Shown: positions 25,991 to 35,607, counted from the stretch's first letter. The stretch is 38,379 nucleotides of DNA from Patescibacteria group bacterium (GCA_038064355.1 JBBTTG010000037.1:1-38379), one strand, 5' to 3'. Made by a program: numbers and translations. Notes: generated from the sequence alone by a model not told the origin.

Positions 25991-27763
25991 ATGGCATCAA
26001 CAAAACGCGACACACTCAAAATTTATTGGCGCGAGGTGCGAAATTACAAGCCCCTCGTCTTTTTCATGTTCCTGGTCTTGGGCGGCGCCACCGTGCTTGA
26101 ACTTATCGCACCGATCTATTACAAGCAATTCTTTAACGTGCTCACATCAGGCTTACCCACGGCGGCAATGGCTTCGGAGCTCGTGCGCATACTCATCCTC
26201 ATCGCCATTATCAACAGTGCGGGGTGGCTGGTGTATCGTTTCACGACCTTTGCCAATGACTACTTTCAACCGCGCGTCATGACCGACCTCACCCAGCGCG
26301 GCTATGATTATCTTCAGTATCACTCGCACGCCTTCTTTACCAATCGTTTTACAGGGGCGCTCGTGCGCAAGCTCACGAAGCTCTCGCGCGCCTTTCAAGT
26401 GTTTGCGGATCGTATTTACTGGAATCTGTATCCTCTCCTCCTCCGTATTGTCGGTGCCACTATCGTACTTTATTTTTTCAGCCATACGATTGCCTATATC
26501 CTGCTGGTTTGGACATTGCTTTTTATAGCGATCAACTACCTGCTGGCCCTGTGGAAACTCAAATACGACACTCTGCGATCGGAAAAAGATACTGAAACGA
26601 CAGCCACGCTCTCGGACGCGATCACCAATCAAAGCAATATTCAGCTCTTTAATGGACATCGTTTTGAGTTCGCGCGCCTCAAAAACGTAAGCGAGGAGCT
26701 CCGCCGCCTGCAAACTTTGACATGGAACATGGGCGGCGCCATTGAGGCGATTCAGGCCGGATTGTTTATCGTGGTCGAATTTTTGCTTATGTACTTCGCC
26801 GTGCGCCTTTGGCAGCGCGGAGAGATCAGTGTGGGCGATTTTGTACTGATCCAATCCTATCTTATCGGTCTTATCGGCCGCCTTTGGGAGGTGGGACGCC
26901 ATATCCGCGACTTGTACGAAAGCTTTGCCGACGCGGAGGAGATGACGGTGATTTTGAATACTCCGCACGAAATCAAAGACACGCCGAGGGCTGTTCCATT
27001 GAAAGTAAGCCGCGGCGAGATTGAATTCAAAAATGTGAGCTTTAGTTTTCAGCAGACTCGCAAGGTGCTTAATAATGTGAATATGGTGATTCGGCCGGGA
27101 GAAAAAATCGCCCTCATCGGCCCCTCGGGCGCCGGAAAATCTACGCTTGTGCAATTGCTGTTTCGCTGGTACGACGTAGCGCACGGAAAAATATTCATTG
27201 ACGGACAGCGCATTGATAAAGTCACCCAGGAAAGCCTGCGCGCGGCTATGAGTATAGTGCCTCAAGAGCCCATTTTGTTTCATCGTACCCTCATGGAAAA
27301 CATTCGCTACGGCCGCCGCGATGCGACTGATGCGGAAGTAAAAGAAGCGGCGCGGCTCGCGCACTGCGGTGAATTCATCGAGGATTTTCCTCAAAAGTAC
27401 GACACGTATGTGGGAGAGCGCGGCATCAAGCTCTCCGGCGGAGAACGCCAGCGCGTGGCCATTGCGCGCGCCATTTTAAAAAACGCGCCGATCCTCGTGC
27501 TGGATGAAGCCACTTCCAGTCTGGATTCACACTCGGAAGGACTCATTCAAGACGCCTTGGGGAATCTCATGAAAAATAAAACTGTCATTGTCATCGCCCA
27601 TCGTCTTTCCACTATTCGCCAAATGAACCGCATTATAGTGATTGACCAAGGAAAAATTATTGACCAGGGCACTCACGAAAACCTCCTCAAAAAAGGCGGT
27701 CTCTATCAACATCTCTGGGAACTCCAAGCCGGGGGCTTTTTGCCTGATGTAAAAGAGGAATAG
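25991..27763 (+). CDS. ABC exporter, fused permease/ATPase (MsbA/Atm1-like)
   Basis: Six TM helices, GPSGAGKST, VPQE, LSGGERQRVAIAR, LDEATSSLD, IAHRLST. Confidence 0.95.
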   Translation: MASTKRDTLKIYWREVRNYKPLVFFMFLVLGGATVLELIAPIYYKQFFNVLTSGLPTAAMASELVRILILIAIINSAGWLVYRFTTFANDYFQPRVMTDLTQRGYDYLQYHSHAFFTNRFTGALVRKLTKLSRAFQVFADRIYWNLYPLLLRIVGATIVLYFFSHTIAYILLVWTLLFIAINYLLALWKLKYDTLRSEKDTETTATLSDAITNQSNIQLFNGHRFEFARLKNVSEELRRLQTLTWNMGGAIEAIQAGLFIVVEFLLMYFAVRLWQRGEISVGDFVLIQSYLIGLIGRLWEVGRHIRDLYESFADAEEMTVILNTPHEIKDTPRAVPLKVSRGEIEFKNVSFSFQQTRKVLNNVNMVIRPGEKIALIGPSGAGKSTLVQLLFRWYDVAHGKIFIDGQRIDKVTQESLRAAMSIVPQEPILFHRTLMENIRYGRRDATDAEVKEAARLAHCGEFIEDFPQKYDTYVGERGIKLSGGERQRVAIARAILKNAPILVLDEATSSLDSHSEGLIQDALGNLMKNKTVIVIAHRLSTIRQMNRIIVIDQGKIIDQGTHENLLKKGGLYQHLWELQAGGFLPDVKEE

Positions 27764-27785
27764 CAGCCGACGAGACTCATTTAGT

Positions 27786-27962
27786 TAGGACTTACGCGCT
27801 TCCGCCCGGGAGTCCTGTAATTGTGGAACTTACCATGGCGGAAGCCACAGGGGTTTGACCAATCTCTTCGTTAAAAGGCTCTGCTCTTGCTCGCCGTAGC
27901 TCTACTACGCCTCGCAACATCCTCGCCTTTTGCCTCGACCTTGGTCAAACGCGTAAGTCCTA
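27786..27962 (+). mobile_element. MITE copy 2 (177 bp)
   Basis: TAGGACTTACGCG...CGCGTAAGTCCTA; 5-bp direct repeat TTAGT at 27781-27785 and 27963-27967. Confidence 0.92.
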
Positions 27963-27965
27963 TTA

Positions 27966-28005
27966 GTTTTAAAAACACCCCGCAAATGCGGGGTGTTTTT
28001 AAAAC
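27966..28005. terminator. Bidirectional terminator
   Basis: gttttaaaaacaccccgca-aa-tgcggggtgtttttaaaac perfect inverted repeat between convergent genes. Confidence 0.85.
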
Positions 28006-28547
28006 GTTACCGGTATCATGAGTTTTTCGGTGGGAGTATTATCTTTGGTCATGCTGGCTTCAAGTTCCAATCTTCCCTCTTTGGCCACGGTTTTGATTTC
28101 CACCGTCCCCTCAAACGGCCCATGAAAACCCTGATCGTAGGGCTTGGCTTCAAGATCCGCCTCCGCTACCAATTCCTCTTTATCCACCTCCCCTTTCTTC
28201 TTGGCTTTAATCACTCCGATGATGCGCATGTGCAATGTATCGCCCGGCACCTGCGCCAGACCGCGGAGAGTGAACGGATTGGTAAGTTTGGTATTGGGCT
28301 TCACCCCTGCAACACCGATCGTGCCGTTCTCCGACCAGGTATATTCTTCGTGCGCGACATTTGCGGTGTCCGTCGGTGTCGGCGTCTGAATCACAAGCTG
28401 TATGGGTGTCGGCGGTGTCCCCCATCGCATGGCGACAAAAATCCCGGCCGCGCCAAGCAAGACTCCATAAAAAAACCACTTGAAGCCGCCAAACATATTT
28501 CCTCCGCGCCGAGGCGCTCCAGTGTACTTAGAAGATCGTTGCATCAT
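27999..28547 (-). CDS. Membrane-anchored protein with Gmad2-like Ig domain
   Basis: TM helix, Pro/Thr linker, then NPFTLRGLA...GPFEGTV...GRLEL...KD...IPVTF pattern. The true start may be ATG 28496. Confidence 0.7.
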   Translation of the reverse strand: MMQRSSKYTGAPRRGGNMFGGFKWFFYGVLLGAAGIFVAMRWGTPPTPIQLVIQTPTPTDTANVAHEEYTWSENGTIGVAGVKPNTKLTNPFTLRGLAQVPGDTLHMRIIGVIKAKKKGEVDKEELVAEADLEAKPYDQGFHGPFEGTVEIKTVAKEGRLELEASMTKDNTPTEKLMIPVTF

Positions 28548-29869
28548 ACAATAGGCTCTATTATATCATCCCCCATGAGAGATGCGAAGCCAAGAGCAAA
28601 ACCAGAAAGCCATAAACCAAAAGGCAAGGACCACAAGAAGTGATCAAAGAGCATCAAGGCAAGCAGTATGGCCATAACCGCAAACGCCTCGGACTTTTTG
28701 AGGAATCTCCAGCCTTTCGTCAATAAAGCTTCAAGAAATCCAAGCGCGACAAATCCGAGAATTCCCAGCTCCGCCAGCGCCAAGAGAAAAACATTGTGTA
28801 CCGGCTGATAGGTGGCACCCGGACGCGTATTATCCAGTTCACGGTAAACAGCGAGCGTGTAATTCCCGGGACCAACGCCAAACAAAGGATGGCGGCCAAT
28901 AATCTTCACCACCTCGCTCAACTTTCCAGACCTTTCTTCAATCGAGAAACGCTCCAGTCTGCCTTCGCCGAAGATTCGTGTGGAGGAGAGGGGCCAAAGA
29001 ATCAAAATCAGTATGTAGAACGTAGCATGCAGAATGTAAAAAATACGGAGAGAATTTCGCCGATCTTTATTCGTTGGCTTCTTCCATATAAGAAAGAGCC
29101 AAATTATCGAACCAAGAAAAAGCGCAATCCAAGCCGAGCGGGAAAAAGAAAGCACCAAACCGGACACTAAAAAACAAAGCGTTGCCGGAAAGACAAACCT
29201 CACCCAACTTTTTGTAACCCCATCCAACCTCTTGCAACTGGCAATTGCGATCACGATGGCAATTGCTAAATATCCTCCCAATATATTCGGATGAGGCAAT
29301 GAGCCATACGCGCGTAAAAATCGCCCTTGATCATTTTCCACCACCGAGACCCCAGAGACCGACGAATCCTGTGCCGCCATGCCGAGCCATTTGGAGGCAA
29401 AAACCTCCTGCGCCGAAAACTGCCAAAAAGCCAGCGCCAATTGAAGTACCGCCCCGCACAACAAGGCGATAATCATCGGTTTAAGCCGAACAAAATTCTG
29501 CCGCACGAGCCAAAAAATCCCCACTGCCTCAATCGCGTGCAACACCCAATACCACCCAAGTTCCGGCGAACCGGAACGCACGATAGAGAAAACAATCACC
29601 CCAACCGCCGCCATCGCTCCCCAAAACTTTAAACCCTTCACTGCTACTTTACACTTTACACTTTGCACTTTGCACTCGTGCACCCGCGTGATAATCGCAC
29701 AGATGATCGCCAACCACAAAACAATCTCCGTCGCATAGAGCGACACCGTGCCATACTCCCAAACCCCATTATTCAAACTGCCCGGAAATAAAATAAGCCG
29801 TGTTTGCCACGGCAAAAAAAATGCGAAAAAATAGGCAAGGAATCTCGCCGTCTTACCAGCGAAATTCAT
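28544..29869 (-). CDS. O-antigen ligase / Wzy_C family membrane protein
   Basis: RAYGSLPHPNILGGYL, SFSRSAW, HPLFGVGPGNY, PVHNVFLLALAELG, FDHFLW. Confidence 0.9.
   Translation of the reverse strand: MNFAGKTARFLAYFFAFFLPWQTRLILFPGSLNNGVWEYGTVSLYATEIVLWLAIICAIITRVHECKVQSVKCKVAVKGLKFWGAMAAVGVIVFSIVRSGSPELGWYWVLHAIEAVGIFWLVRQNFVRLKPMIIALLCGAVLQLALAFWQFSAQEVFASKWLGMAAQDSSVSGVSVVENDQGRFLRAYGSLPHPNILGGYLAIAIVIAIASCKRLDGVTKSWVRFVFPATLCFLVSGLVLSFSRSAWIALFLGSIIWLFLIWKKPTNKDRRNSLRIFYILHATFYILILILWPLSSTRIFGEGRLERFSIEERSGKLSEVVKIIGRHPLFGVGPGNYTLAVYRELDNTRPGATYQPVHNVFLLALAELGILGFVALGFLEALLTKGWRFLKKSEAFAVMAILLALMLFDHFLWSLPFGLWLSGFALGFASLMGDDIIEPIV
29646..29680. repeat. Heptamer tandem repeat (ACTTTRC)x4 inside the O-antigen ligase gene
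   Basis: actttac actttac actttgc actttgc actcgtg; encodes HECKVQSVKCKV. Confidence 0.8.
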
Positions 29870-29874
29870 AATGA

Positions 29875-30129
29875 TTAAAACGGTATACCTGCGCTCTTTG
29901 ACTCTTCCTCCTCTTCACCCTCGCCCGTATCCACCTCCAGTTCCTTTTTTAATTTCTCAAATTCGTTCTCCGCCTTGCGCAGGTACGCACGGCAGAGCCT
30001 CACCAGCTCCACGCCTTGTTTGAATTTCGCGAGTCCCGCTTCCACGTCTACGTCTTTGAAGCCAAGCTCCTCCACGATCTTCTCAAGCTGTTCCAAGGCA
30101 CTTTGCAGATTTTCTTTTTCTTTGACCAT
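29875..30129 (-). CDS. xseB: Exodeoxyribonuclease VII small subunit
   Basis: LEQLEKIVEEL...GLAKFKQGVELVRLC..L..AE; directly downstream of xseA. Confidence 0.92.
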   Translation of the reverse strand: MVKEKENLQSALEQLEKIVEELGFKDVDVEAGLAKFKQGVELVRLCRAYLRKAENEFEKLKKELEVDTGEGEEEEESKSAGIPF

Positions 30130-30134
30130 AGATA

Positions 30135-31742
30135 TTATTTTTGTATTTCTTCTACCCGCGAAAGTGCGCCTCCTTTTTGTAAACGGATACGCAGGCGATC
30201 GCCCACCGAGAGATCCGAAGCATCCTTCACTATCCGTCCGGATTCGGATGAAACGATGCTATACCCCCGCTCAAGAATAGCCTCGGGATTGAGCGGCAGG
30301 AGTGCGGCTGAGGCAACGTCTACACGGGAAAGCAAACTTTTCATTCTCTGCTCCATTATAGCGGCACAACGGCCGAAAATCAACTCTGTCTTGTGCCGCA
30401 AACCCTGAAGCGCCATCGTGCGCGCGCCAAGCTTTTGCAAGAGCCGTATCTCAATCTCACGAAACCCTGAAAAAATCTTCCCCAGCCCGTGCTGCAGACC
30501 CGATGCCGCTGTCCCAAGCCGAGCCTTCCAATTTTCAAAAAGTCCGACTCCCGATTGAAACAGTTCATCCGTGAGAGAGGTGGCGGAGACGCTCGCATCT
30601 TCGAGCAACCCGCCGTACGCGAGTGCCAGTCGTTCGCTTGAACGCATAAGCCCGTCCAAAAGCGCCTCGCGGGCCTCGCGAAAAAACGCCGCAACGGCAG
30701 TGGGGGTGGAGAAACGCCGATCGGCCGCAAAATCAGCGATACTCTCGTCGCGCTCATGGCCGATACCCGTAACCACCGGAATACGCGACGCGGCGATCGC
30801 CTCGGCCAAACGCTCGGAATTATATGCCTTGAAACTTTCCAAACTTCCGCCGCCGCGGATAAGCACCAGCACGTCGAGATCCGGCCGATGCACGTTTATC
30901 CAACGCACGGCGGATACCAGTGAGTCCTCCGCGTAATCCCCTTCCACGCGAGAATCAAAAAAATGAATTTTGAAACCATACTCGCCGAGATTGCGGCGGA
31001 AATCGTGAATAGCGTCTCCCGTCTCCGAAGTAATGAGACCAATGTTTTTGATATACGCGGGCAATGGCCGTTTGCGCGCCGGGTCAAAATATCCTTTATC
31101 CGCGAGTTTCTTCTTGAGCGCCTCAAACGCGCGGCGCAATGCCCCCTCGCCTACCGGCTCCACCCGCGAAACGACGATGCGAAACGCCCCGCTTTTATAG
31201 AGACTCACCGTACCCTCGATGATCACCTCAAGGCCGTCTTCGAGCAAATGCGAATAGCTCGGAAGTTGAAACCTGCCCATGTAGCAGTTGGCGATGAAGT
31301 CCGCGCCGGTGGCATCTTTGAGATCAAAAAAGGCATACTCGCGCACCTGCGGACGGCTGATTTCGCCGCGCACGCGCACGGTACCCATGCCTCTCAGCGT
31401 ATCATTAAGCATCCAATGAAACTCCGCCACCGACCACACATCGCCCCGTGTGGCGGAGGAAAGTGGAATAATTTCACGATCGTGAGATACATTCACATTC
31501 CCCGCTCCCAACGCCGCGGCTTGCAACATCAACAACACCTCCCCGCCGTACTTCTCAATTTTTTTTGGACCCCATCCCTTGATATCGGCGAGGTCTTCTT
31601 TTGTTTTTGGCGCCGCTTCAATCGTTCGCTCAAGGGTGTCATTCTGAAAAACACGGTAGAGCTCCACGCCCTCCCGCGCCGCAATCTCCGCGCGTTTCTT
31701 TTTCAGCTGTGCCAAGAGGTCTCCCTTTCCCATAGAAAACAT
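30135..31742 (-). CDS. xseA: Exodeoxyribonuclease VII large subunit with N-terminal HRDC domain
   Basis: VRGEIS, FFDLKD, GEGAL, GYFD..RKRPLP, IGLITS, RGGGS.E, TGIGHE.D, TPTA, LERGYS; extra N-terminal HRDC-like domain of about 70 aa. Start is 31742 or 31733. Confidence 0.95.
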   Translation of the reverse strand: MFSMGKGDLLAQLKKKRAEIAAREGVELYRVFQNDTLERTIEAAPKTKEDLADIKGWGPKKIEKYGGEVLLMLQAAALGAGNVNVSHDREIIPLSSATRGDVWSVAEFHWMLNDTLRGMGTVRVRGEISRPQVREYAFFDLKDATGADFIANCYMGRFQLPSYSHLLEDGLEVIIEGTVSLYKSGAFRIVVSRVEPVGEGALRRAFEALKKKLADKGYFDPARKRPLPAYIKNIGLITSETGDAIHDFRRNLGEYGFKIHFFDSRVEGDYAEDSLVSAVRWINVHRPDLDVLVLIRGGGSLESFKAYNSERLAEAIAASRIPVVTGIGHERDESIADFAADRRFSTPTAVAAFFREAREALLDGLMRSSERLALAYGGLLEDASVSATSLTDELFQSGVGLFENWKARLGTAASGLQHGLGKIFSGFREIEIRLLQKLGARTMALQGLRHKTELIFGRCAAIMEQRMKSLLSRVDVASAALLPLNPEAILERGYSIVSSESGRIVKDASDLSVGDRLRIRLQKGGALSRVEEIQK

Positions 31743-32566
31743 TATACGCCACGCGCCAGTAAAAAAAGAAACGCGATTCCGGCGAGAATACGGTAGACGC
31801 CAAACGGGATAAAGGTATGGCGCTCAATGAATTGCATGAGCCATCGGATGGAAAGAAGCGCGGTGACAAATGAAACAAAAAAACCGAGAACGAGTATCCC
31901 CGCTTCCGCCGCGGAAAATGTCGGCGAGGATTTCAAAAGATCCAAACCCGTAGCCGCGAGCATGGTAGGCACGGCCAAGAGAAACGAAAATTCCACGATG
32001 GCGCGCCTTGGGACGCCCAATGCCAGACCGCCAAGAATCGTCGCGGCCGCGCGCGAAATCCCGGGGATAACGGCAAACGATTGGCACACCCCAATCAGAA
32101 ACGCCTGGCGATAGCTTATATCCTCAATACCGCGGTCCTCTTCAGTATGATGACGAAGCACAAGCTCCGCGAGGATCATAAGCGCGCCCCCGATGAGCAA
32201 TGCCCAAACGATCACATCTATCCGCTCAAAGAGAACATTCTTAATCAATTTGTATAGCGCAAACCCCACGAGAGCCGTTGGTAAAAATGCGACGAAAACT
32301 TTTTTAAAGAGTTCTTTTGCCACCAGCCCGTCTGGTGTTTGTACACCAGACGGGCTGGTGCGCGATAAAAATCGCACTCTATAGAGCCACAGCACGGCAA
32401 GGATGGCGCCAAGCTGGATCGCTATCTCAAACGTCTTCAGAAACTCCGTCTGATTGAGGCCGAGGATGCGCGAGGTGAGGATCAAGTGCCCCGTCGAGGA
32501 AATCGGCAAAAATTCCGTTATCCCCTCCACCGCACCCAAGATGATCGCCTGCCAAAATTCCACCAT
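31742..32566 (-). CDS. uppP: Undecaprenyl-diphosphate phosphatase
   Basis: GAVEGITEFLPISSTGHL, IQLGAILAV, PGISR..AT, EFSFLLAVP, FGVYRI. Confidence 0.97.
   Translation of the reverse strand: MVEFWQAIILGAVEGITEFLPISSTGHLILTSRILGLNQTEFLKTFEIAIQLGAILAVLWLYRVRFLSRTSPSGVQTPDGLVAKELFKKVFVAFLPTALVGFALYKLIKNVLFERIDVIVWALLIGGALMILAELVLRHHTEEDRGIEDISYRQAFLIGVCQSFAVIPGISRAAATILGGLALGVPRRAIVEFSFLLAVPTMLAATGLDLLKSSPTFSAAEAGILVLGFFVSFVTALLSIRWLMQFIERHTFIPFGVYRILAGIAFLFLLARGV
32321..32360. repeat. Perfect 18-bp-stem palindrome in frame inside uppP
   Basis: caccagcccgtctggtgt-ttgt-acaccagacgggctggtg; encodes TSPSGVQTPDGLV. Confidence 0.9.
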
Positions 32567-32599
32567 AGTCTGTCATTTTAACATAAAAAAAGAAGCGGG

Positions 32600-33136
32600 T
32601 CATGGACCCGCTTGCGTCGCAGGGCAGTGCGACCACAGTCCGCGTCCGGCTGCGCGAGCTTCTTTCTCTGCGGCACGCAGTCGGTCTTGATACTTGATAT
32701 CAGGCGGGTAACTTTTCGCGCGAGCAAACCCGTCGCGCACGAGCTGTTCGTTCACCATCACACCGTCAATATAGGCGTAGTATAACAGACGTCCGTATTT
32801 GTCGCGCTTGCTCTTGTCGGACTCGAGCTCAACGATTTTCCCTTCAACGAGCTCACGATTGCGCAACGAAGCGTCTTTACCATAGCACTGCACGGGACGA
32901 CGGCGCGGATCAACAGTCTCGGGTGTATCTACACCAATGTAGCGCACGCGCAGACCGCTCTTGAGCTCGATAGTATCCCCGTCAATGACGCGCCGCACTG
33001 TGGCGGATCTCCGGAACGTGCTTGACTGGGGCGTCGGACTGACGGCCGATTGCATAATCGGCGCACGTTTGACCGACGGCTCTCCCAACGCCAAGATGGA
33101 AACCGTCACGCCGAGAAGCACGACCGGAAAACTCAT
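32600..33136 (-). CDS. Thermonuclease (SNase-like) with N-terminal hydrophobic anchor
   Basis: VRRVIDGDTI, RVRYIGVDTPE, RDKYGRLL.Y, NEQLVRDGFA, AEKEAR...RGLW. Confidence 0.93.
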   Translation of the reverse strand: MSFPVVLLGVTVSILALGEPSVKRAPIMQSAVSPTPQSSTFRRSATVRRVIDGDTIELKSGLRVRYIGVDTPETVDPRRRPVQCYGKDASLRNRELVEGKIVELESDKSKRDKYGRLLYYAYIDGVMVNEQLVRDGFARAKSYPPDIKYQDRLRAAEKEARAAGRGLWSHCPATQAGP

Positions 33137-33606
33137 GACGACCAGTCCGAACCAACAAGGAGGCTGTCCCAGAGGCTGTTTTCGAAGCTGTACCCGAGGC
33201 TGTGCATGAGGCTGTCACAGAAATTGCGCACGAGGCTGTCCCAGAGGCTGTACCCGAGGAGGAGAGAATTGAGCCCGAAGCTGAGAAGGAGGAGATCCCC
33301 GAGTCTTTTTTCAAGGCTCTTCCTGTAACCATCTTCTGTCCCCTTCGGATTCGGGATTGCTTGGGATACCGAAACGGGGATGACCTTTCTGACCTGTTGG
33401 TTCGTCGCTTTCGCGATGGCCACGACCACCATTTCGAGATTGAGCTCCTCGGCGGGGACAAGCGGATACGCACCCGCTTGGGCTATGTCGAAGAACGGTT
33501 GGAGGAGCTCCATCGCCGTATGGACAAGATCGGGCTTTCCGCCGTTGTCTTCGAGGAATGCCCGAAGCATCTTGCTGTCGGTCTTGCGGTCGGTGGTGCT
33601 TGACAT
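33133..33606 (-). CDS. Hypothetical protein with C-terminal (xxSL)8 tetrapeptide repeats
   Basis: AAAGGAG Shine-Dalgarno before ATG 33606; 12-bp tandem repeats near the 3' end. Confidence 0.7.
   Translation of the reverse strand: MSSTTDRKTDSKMLRAFLEDNGGKPDLVHTAMELLQPFFDIAQAGAYPLVPAEELNLEMVVVAIAKATNQQVRKVIPVSVSQAIPNPKGTEDGYRKSLEKRLGDLLLLSFGLNSLLLGYSLWDSLVRNFCDSLMHSLGYSFENSLWDSLLVGSDWSS
33161..33256. repeat. Eight tandem 12-bp units (AGGCTGTNNNNG)
   Basis: aggctgtcccag aggctgttttcg aagctgtacccg aggctgtgcatg aggctgtcacag aaattgcgcacg aggctgtcccag aggctgtacccg. Confidence 0.88.
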
Positions 33607-33786
33607 GACATCTCCTTTGCGAGTCCTAAAAAAGGACGTTGAAAAAGAACGGTTGCGTACAGAAACCGAGCACGGATACAATAAAGCGGGTTTTTGCCAT
33701 TGTGCCAAGCCCCCGGTACGTTGTAATAAATCTCACATTCCCCATCCCCCTTTCTTCTTTGTCCTTGTTTCCTTGTACCTTGGATT

Positions 33787-35580
33787 TTACTCCTTCCCCC
33801 TTCTCGCCTTCGCGCGTTCGGCGTCGGTGAGAAACTGCTTGCGCAGGCGCACGGATTTTGGAGTGATTTCAAGATATTCGTCTTCCTGCATGACTTCGAG
33901 TCCGCGCTCGATAAACAGTTCTTGCGGAGGCGTGAGGTCAATGGCCTCATCCGCATTTGAAGAACGCATATTGGTCTGCTGTTTCCCTTTGGTGGGATTC
34001 ACATACATTTCCTCTCCTCGAGAGGTATTGCCTATAACCATACCTTCATATACCTCTGCTCCCGGACCGACATAGAGCACGCCGCGTTCCTGCAGACCCC
34101 ACAGCGAGAACGCCATAGCCTTGCCGGTGGCCATCGAAACCATAGAACCGACAGCACGCTTGCGGATTTCTCCGGCGTACGGACGGAATTCCAAAAACCG
34201 CGAGGCGATAATCCCTTCGCCCCTGGTATCAATAACAAACTGATTGCGATAGCCCAAAAATCCGCGCGTCGGCCCCTCGAGGGTAAATCTCAAGAGCTCG
34301 GCGTCGTTTGACATATTGGTGATAACAAATCCGCGCGTACCAAGCCGCTCAATGATCGCGCCTTGGTATTCCGCCGGCGTATCCACCGTCACCTCTTCAA
34401 AAGGTTCCATCTTCACGCCGTCTTTTTCGATAATAATGGCCTGTGGCTGGGAAACCTGGAGTTCATAACCGGCACGGCGCATATTCTCAAGCAGAATGGC
34501 GATGTGAAGTTCTCCGCGTCCAAAAACACGAAAAGATTCGCCCGTCGCGAAATCAATGCGCAATCCCACGTTTACTTCAAGTTCTCTATCCAAAAACTCG
34601 CGCAATTGGCGTGAGGTGACATATTTCCCCTCGCGTCCGGCAAACGGAGAGCTGTTGACCATAAAATTAAGCGCGATGGTCGGCTCGTCAATTTTGATCG
34701 CGGGCAAAGCTTGCGCGTTTGCGTCGCTTGTCACTGTCTCGCCGATATCAATATCCGGCAGTCCGGCAATCATGACGATATCGCCCGAGGTAGCCTCCGT
34801 CATTTCCACCTTTTCAAGACCTTTAAATGTATAGACTTTAGTGATTTTTCCGGTGCGCGACTCGCCCGTCGGCTTTTTGACAAAAATATTCTGCCCGAGG
34901 ATAATTTTCCCCTCGTGCACGCGAGCCACAGCCAAGCGCCCGAGATAATTATCATACCCGAGGTTGAATGGTTGAAGCCGCAGAGGCTTCGCATCAAGCT
35001 CCGGTGAAGAGGCACAGGGAACTTTTTCCAAAATAAGATCAAGCAATGGAGTGAGATCCTTGGAGTCATCCTCCAGTTTCCGCTTGGCGATTCCCTGTCT
35101 GCCGATTGCATAGATGACGGGAAAATCCGCCTGCGCGTCCGAGGCGCCGAGTTCGATAAAAAGTTCAAGCACCTGCTCCTCACAGCGCGACGGGTTGGCG
35201 GCCGGTTTGTCTATTTTATTAATAATCACAATCGGCTTGATGCCCAGCTCCAAAGATTTTTTGAGCACAAACCGCGTCTGCGGCATGGGCCCCTCTTGCG
35301 CGTCCACCACCAGGAGCACGGAATCAATGGAACGCAGAACACGTTCCACTTCGGAACCGAAATCCGCGTGTCCGGGGGTATCTACAATGTTGATCTTAGT
35401 ATCTTTATAGGTAATCGAAGCGTTTTTGGCGTAAATAGTAATACCGCGCTCTTTTTCAAGCGCGTTTGAATCCATTGAAGACTCACCGGTAGAGGCCCCC
35501 GTCTGGCGCATGAGCGCATCGGTGAGCGTCGTCTTGCCGTGGTCCACGTGAGCTATGATGGCGATGTTGCGAATTTCCAT
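33787..35580 (-). CDS. typA: Translational GTPase TypA/BipA
   Basis: [62 protein letters not shown]. Confidence 0.98.
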   Translation of the reverse strand: MEIRNIAIIAHVDHGKTTLTDALMRQTGASTGESSMDSNALEKERGITIYAKNASITYKDTKINIVDTPGHADFGSEVERVLRSIDSVLLVVDAQEGPMPQTRFVLKKSLELGIKPIVIINKIDKPAANPSRCEEQVLELFIELGASDAQADFPVIYAIGRQGIAKRKLEDDSKDLTPLLDLILEKVPCASSPELDAKPLRLQPFNLGYDNYLGRLAVARVHEGKIILGQNIFVKKPTGESRTGKITKVYTFKGLEKVEMTEATSGDIVMIAGLPDIDIGETVTSDANAQALPAIKIDEPTIALNFMVNSSPFAGREGKYVTSRQLREFLDRELEVNVGLRIDFATGESFRVFGRGELHIAILLENMRRAGYELQVSQPQAIIIEKDGVKMEPFEEVTVDTPAEYQGAIIERLGTRGFVITNMSNDAELLRFTLEGPTRGFLGYRNQFVIDTRGEGIIASRFLEFRPYAGEIRKRAVGSMVSMATGKAMAFSLWGLQERGVLYVGPGAEVYEGMVIGNTSRGEEMYVNPTKGKQQTNMRSSNADEAIDLTPPQELFIERGLEVMQEDEYLEITPKSVRLRKQFLTDAERAKARRGKE

Positions 35581-35607
35581 AGGCAATATATTGCGTGAAG
35601 CAAAGAA

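Noticed and set aside
24805-27394. Long ORFs 24805-25755 (+) and 26153-27394 (-)
   Set aside because: Antisense shadows of uvrB and the ABC transporter, as expected from codon bias.
33161-33256. CRISPR array or DGR variable region
   Set aside because: Units are contiguous 12-mers with no spacers; there is no reverse transcriptase, and no template copy differing only at adenines.
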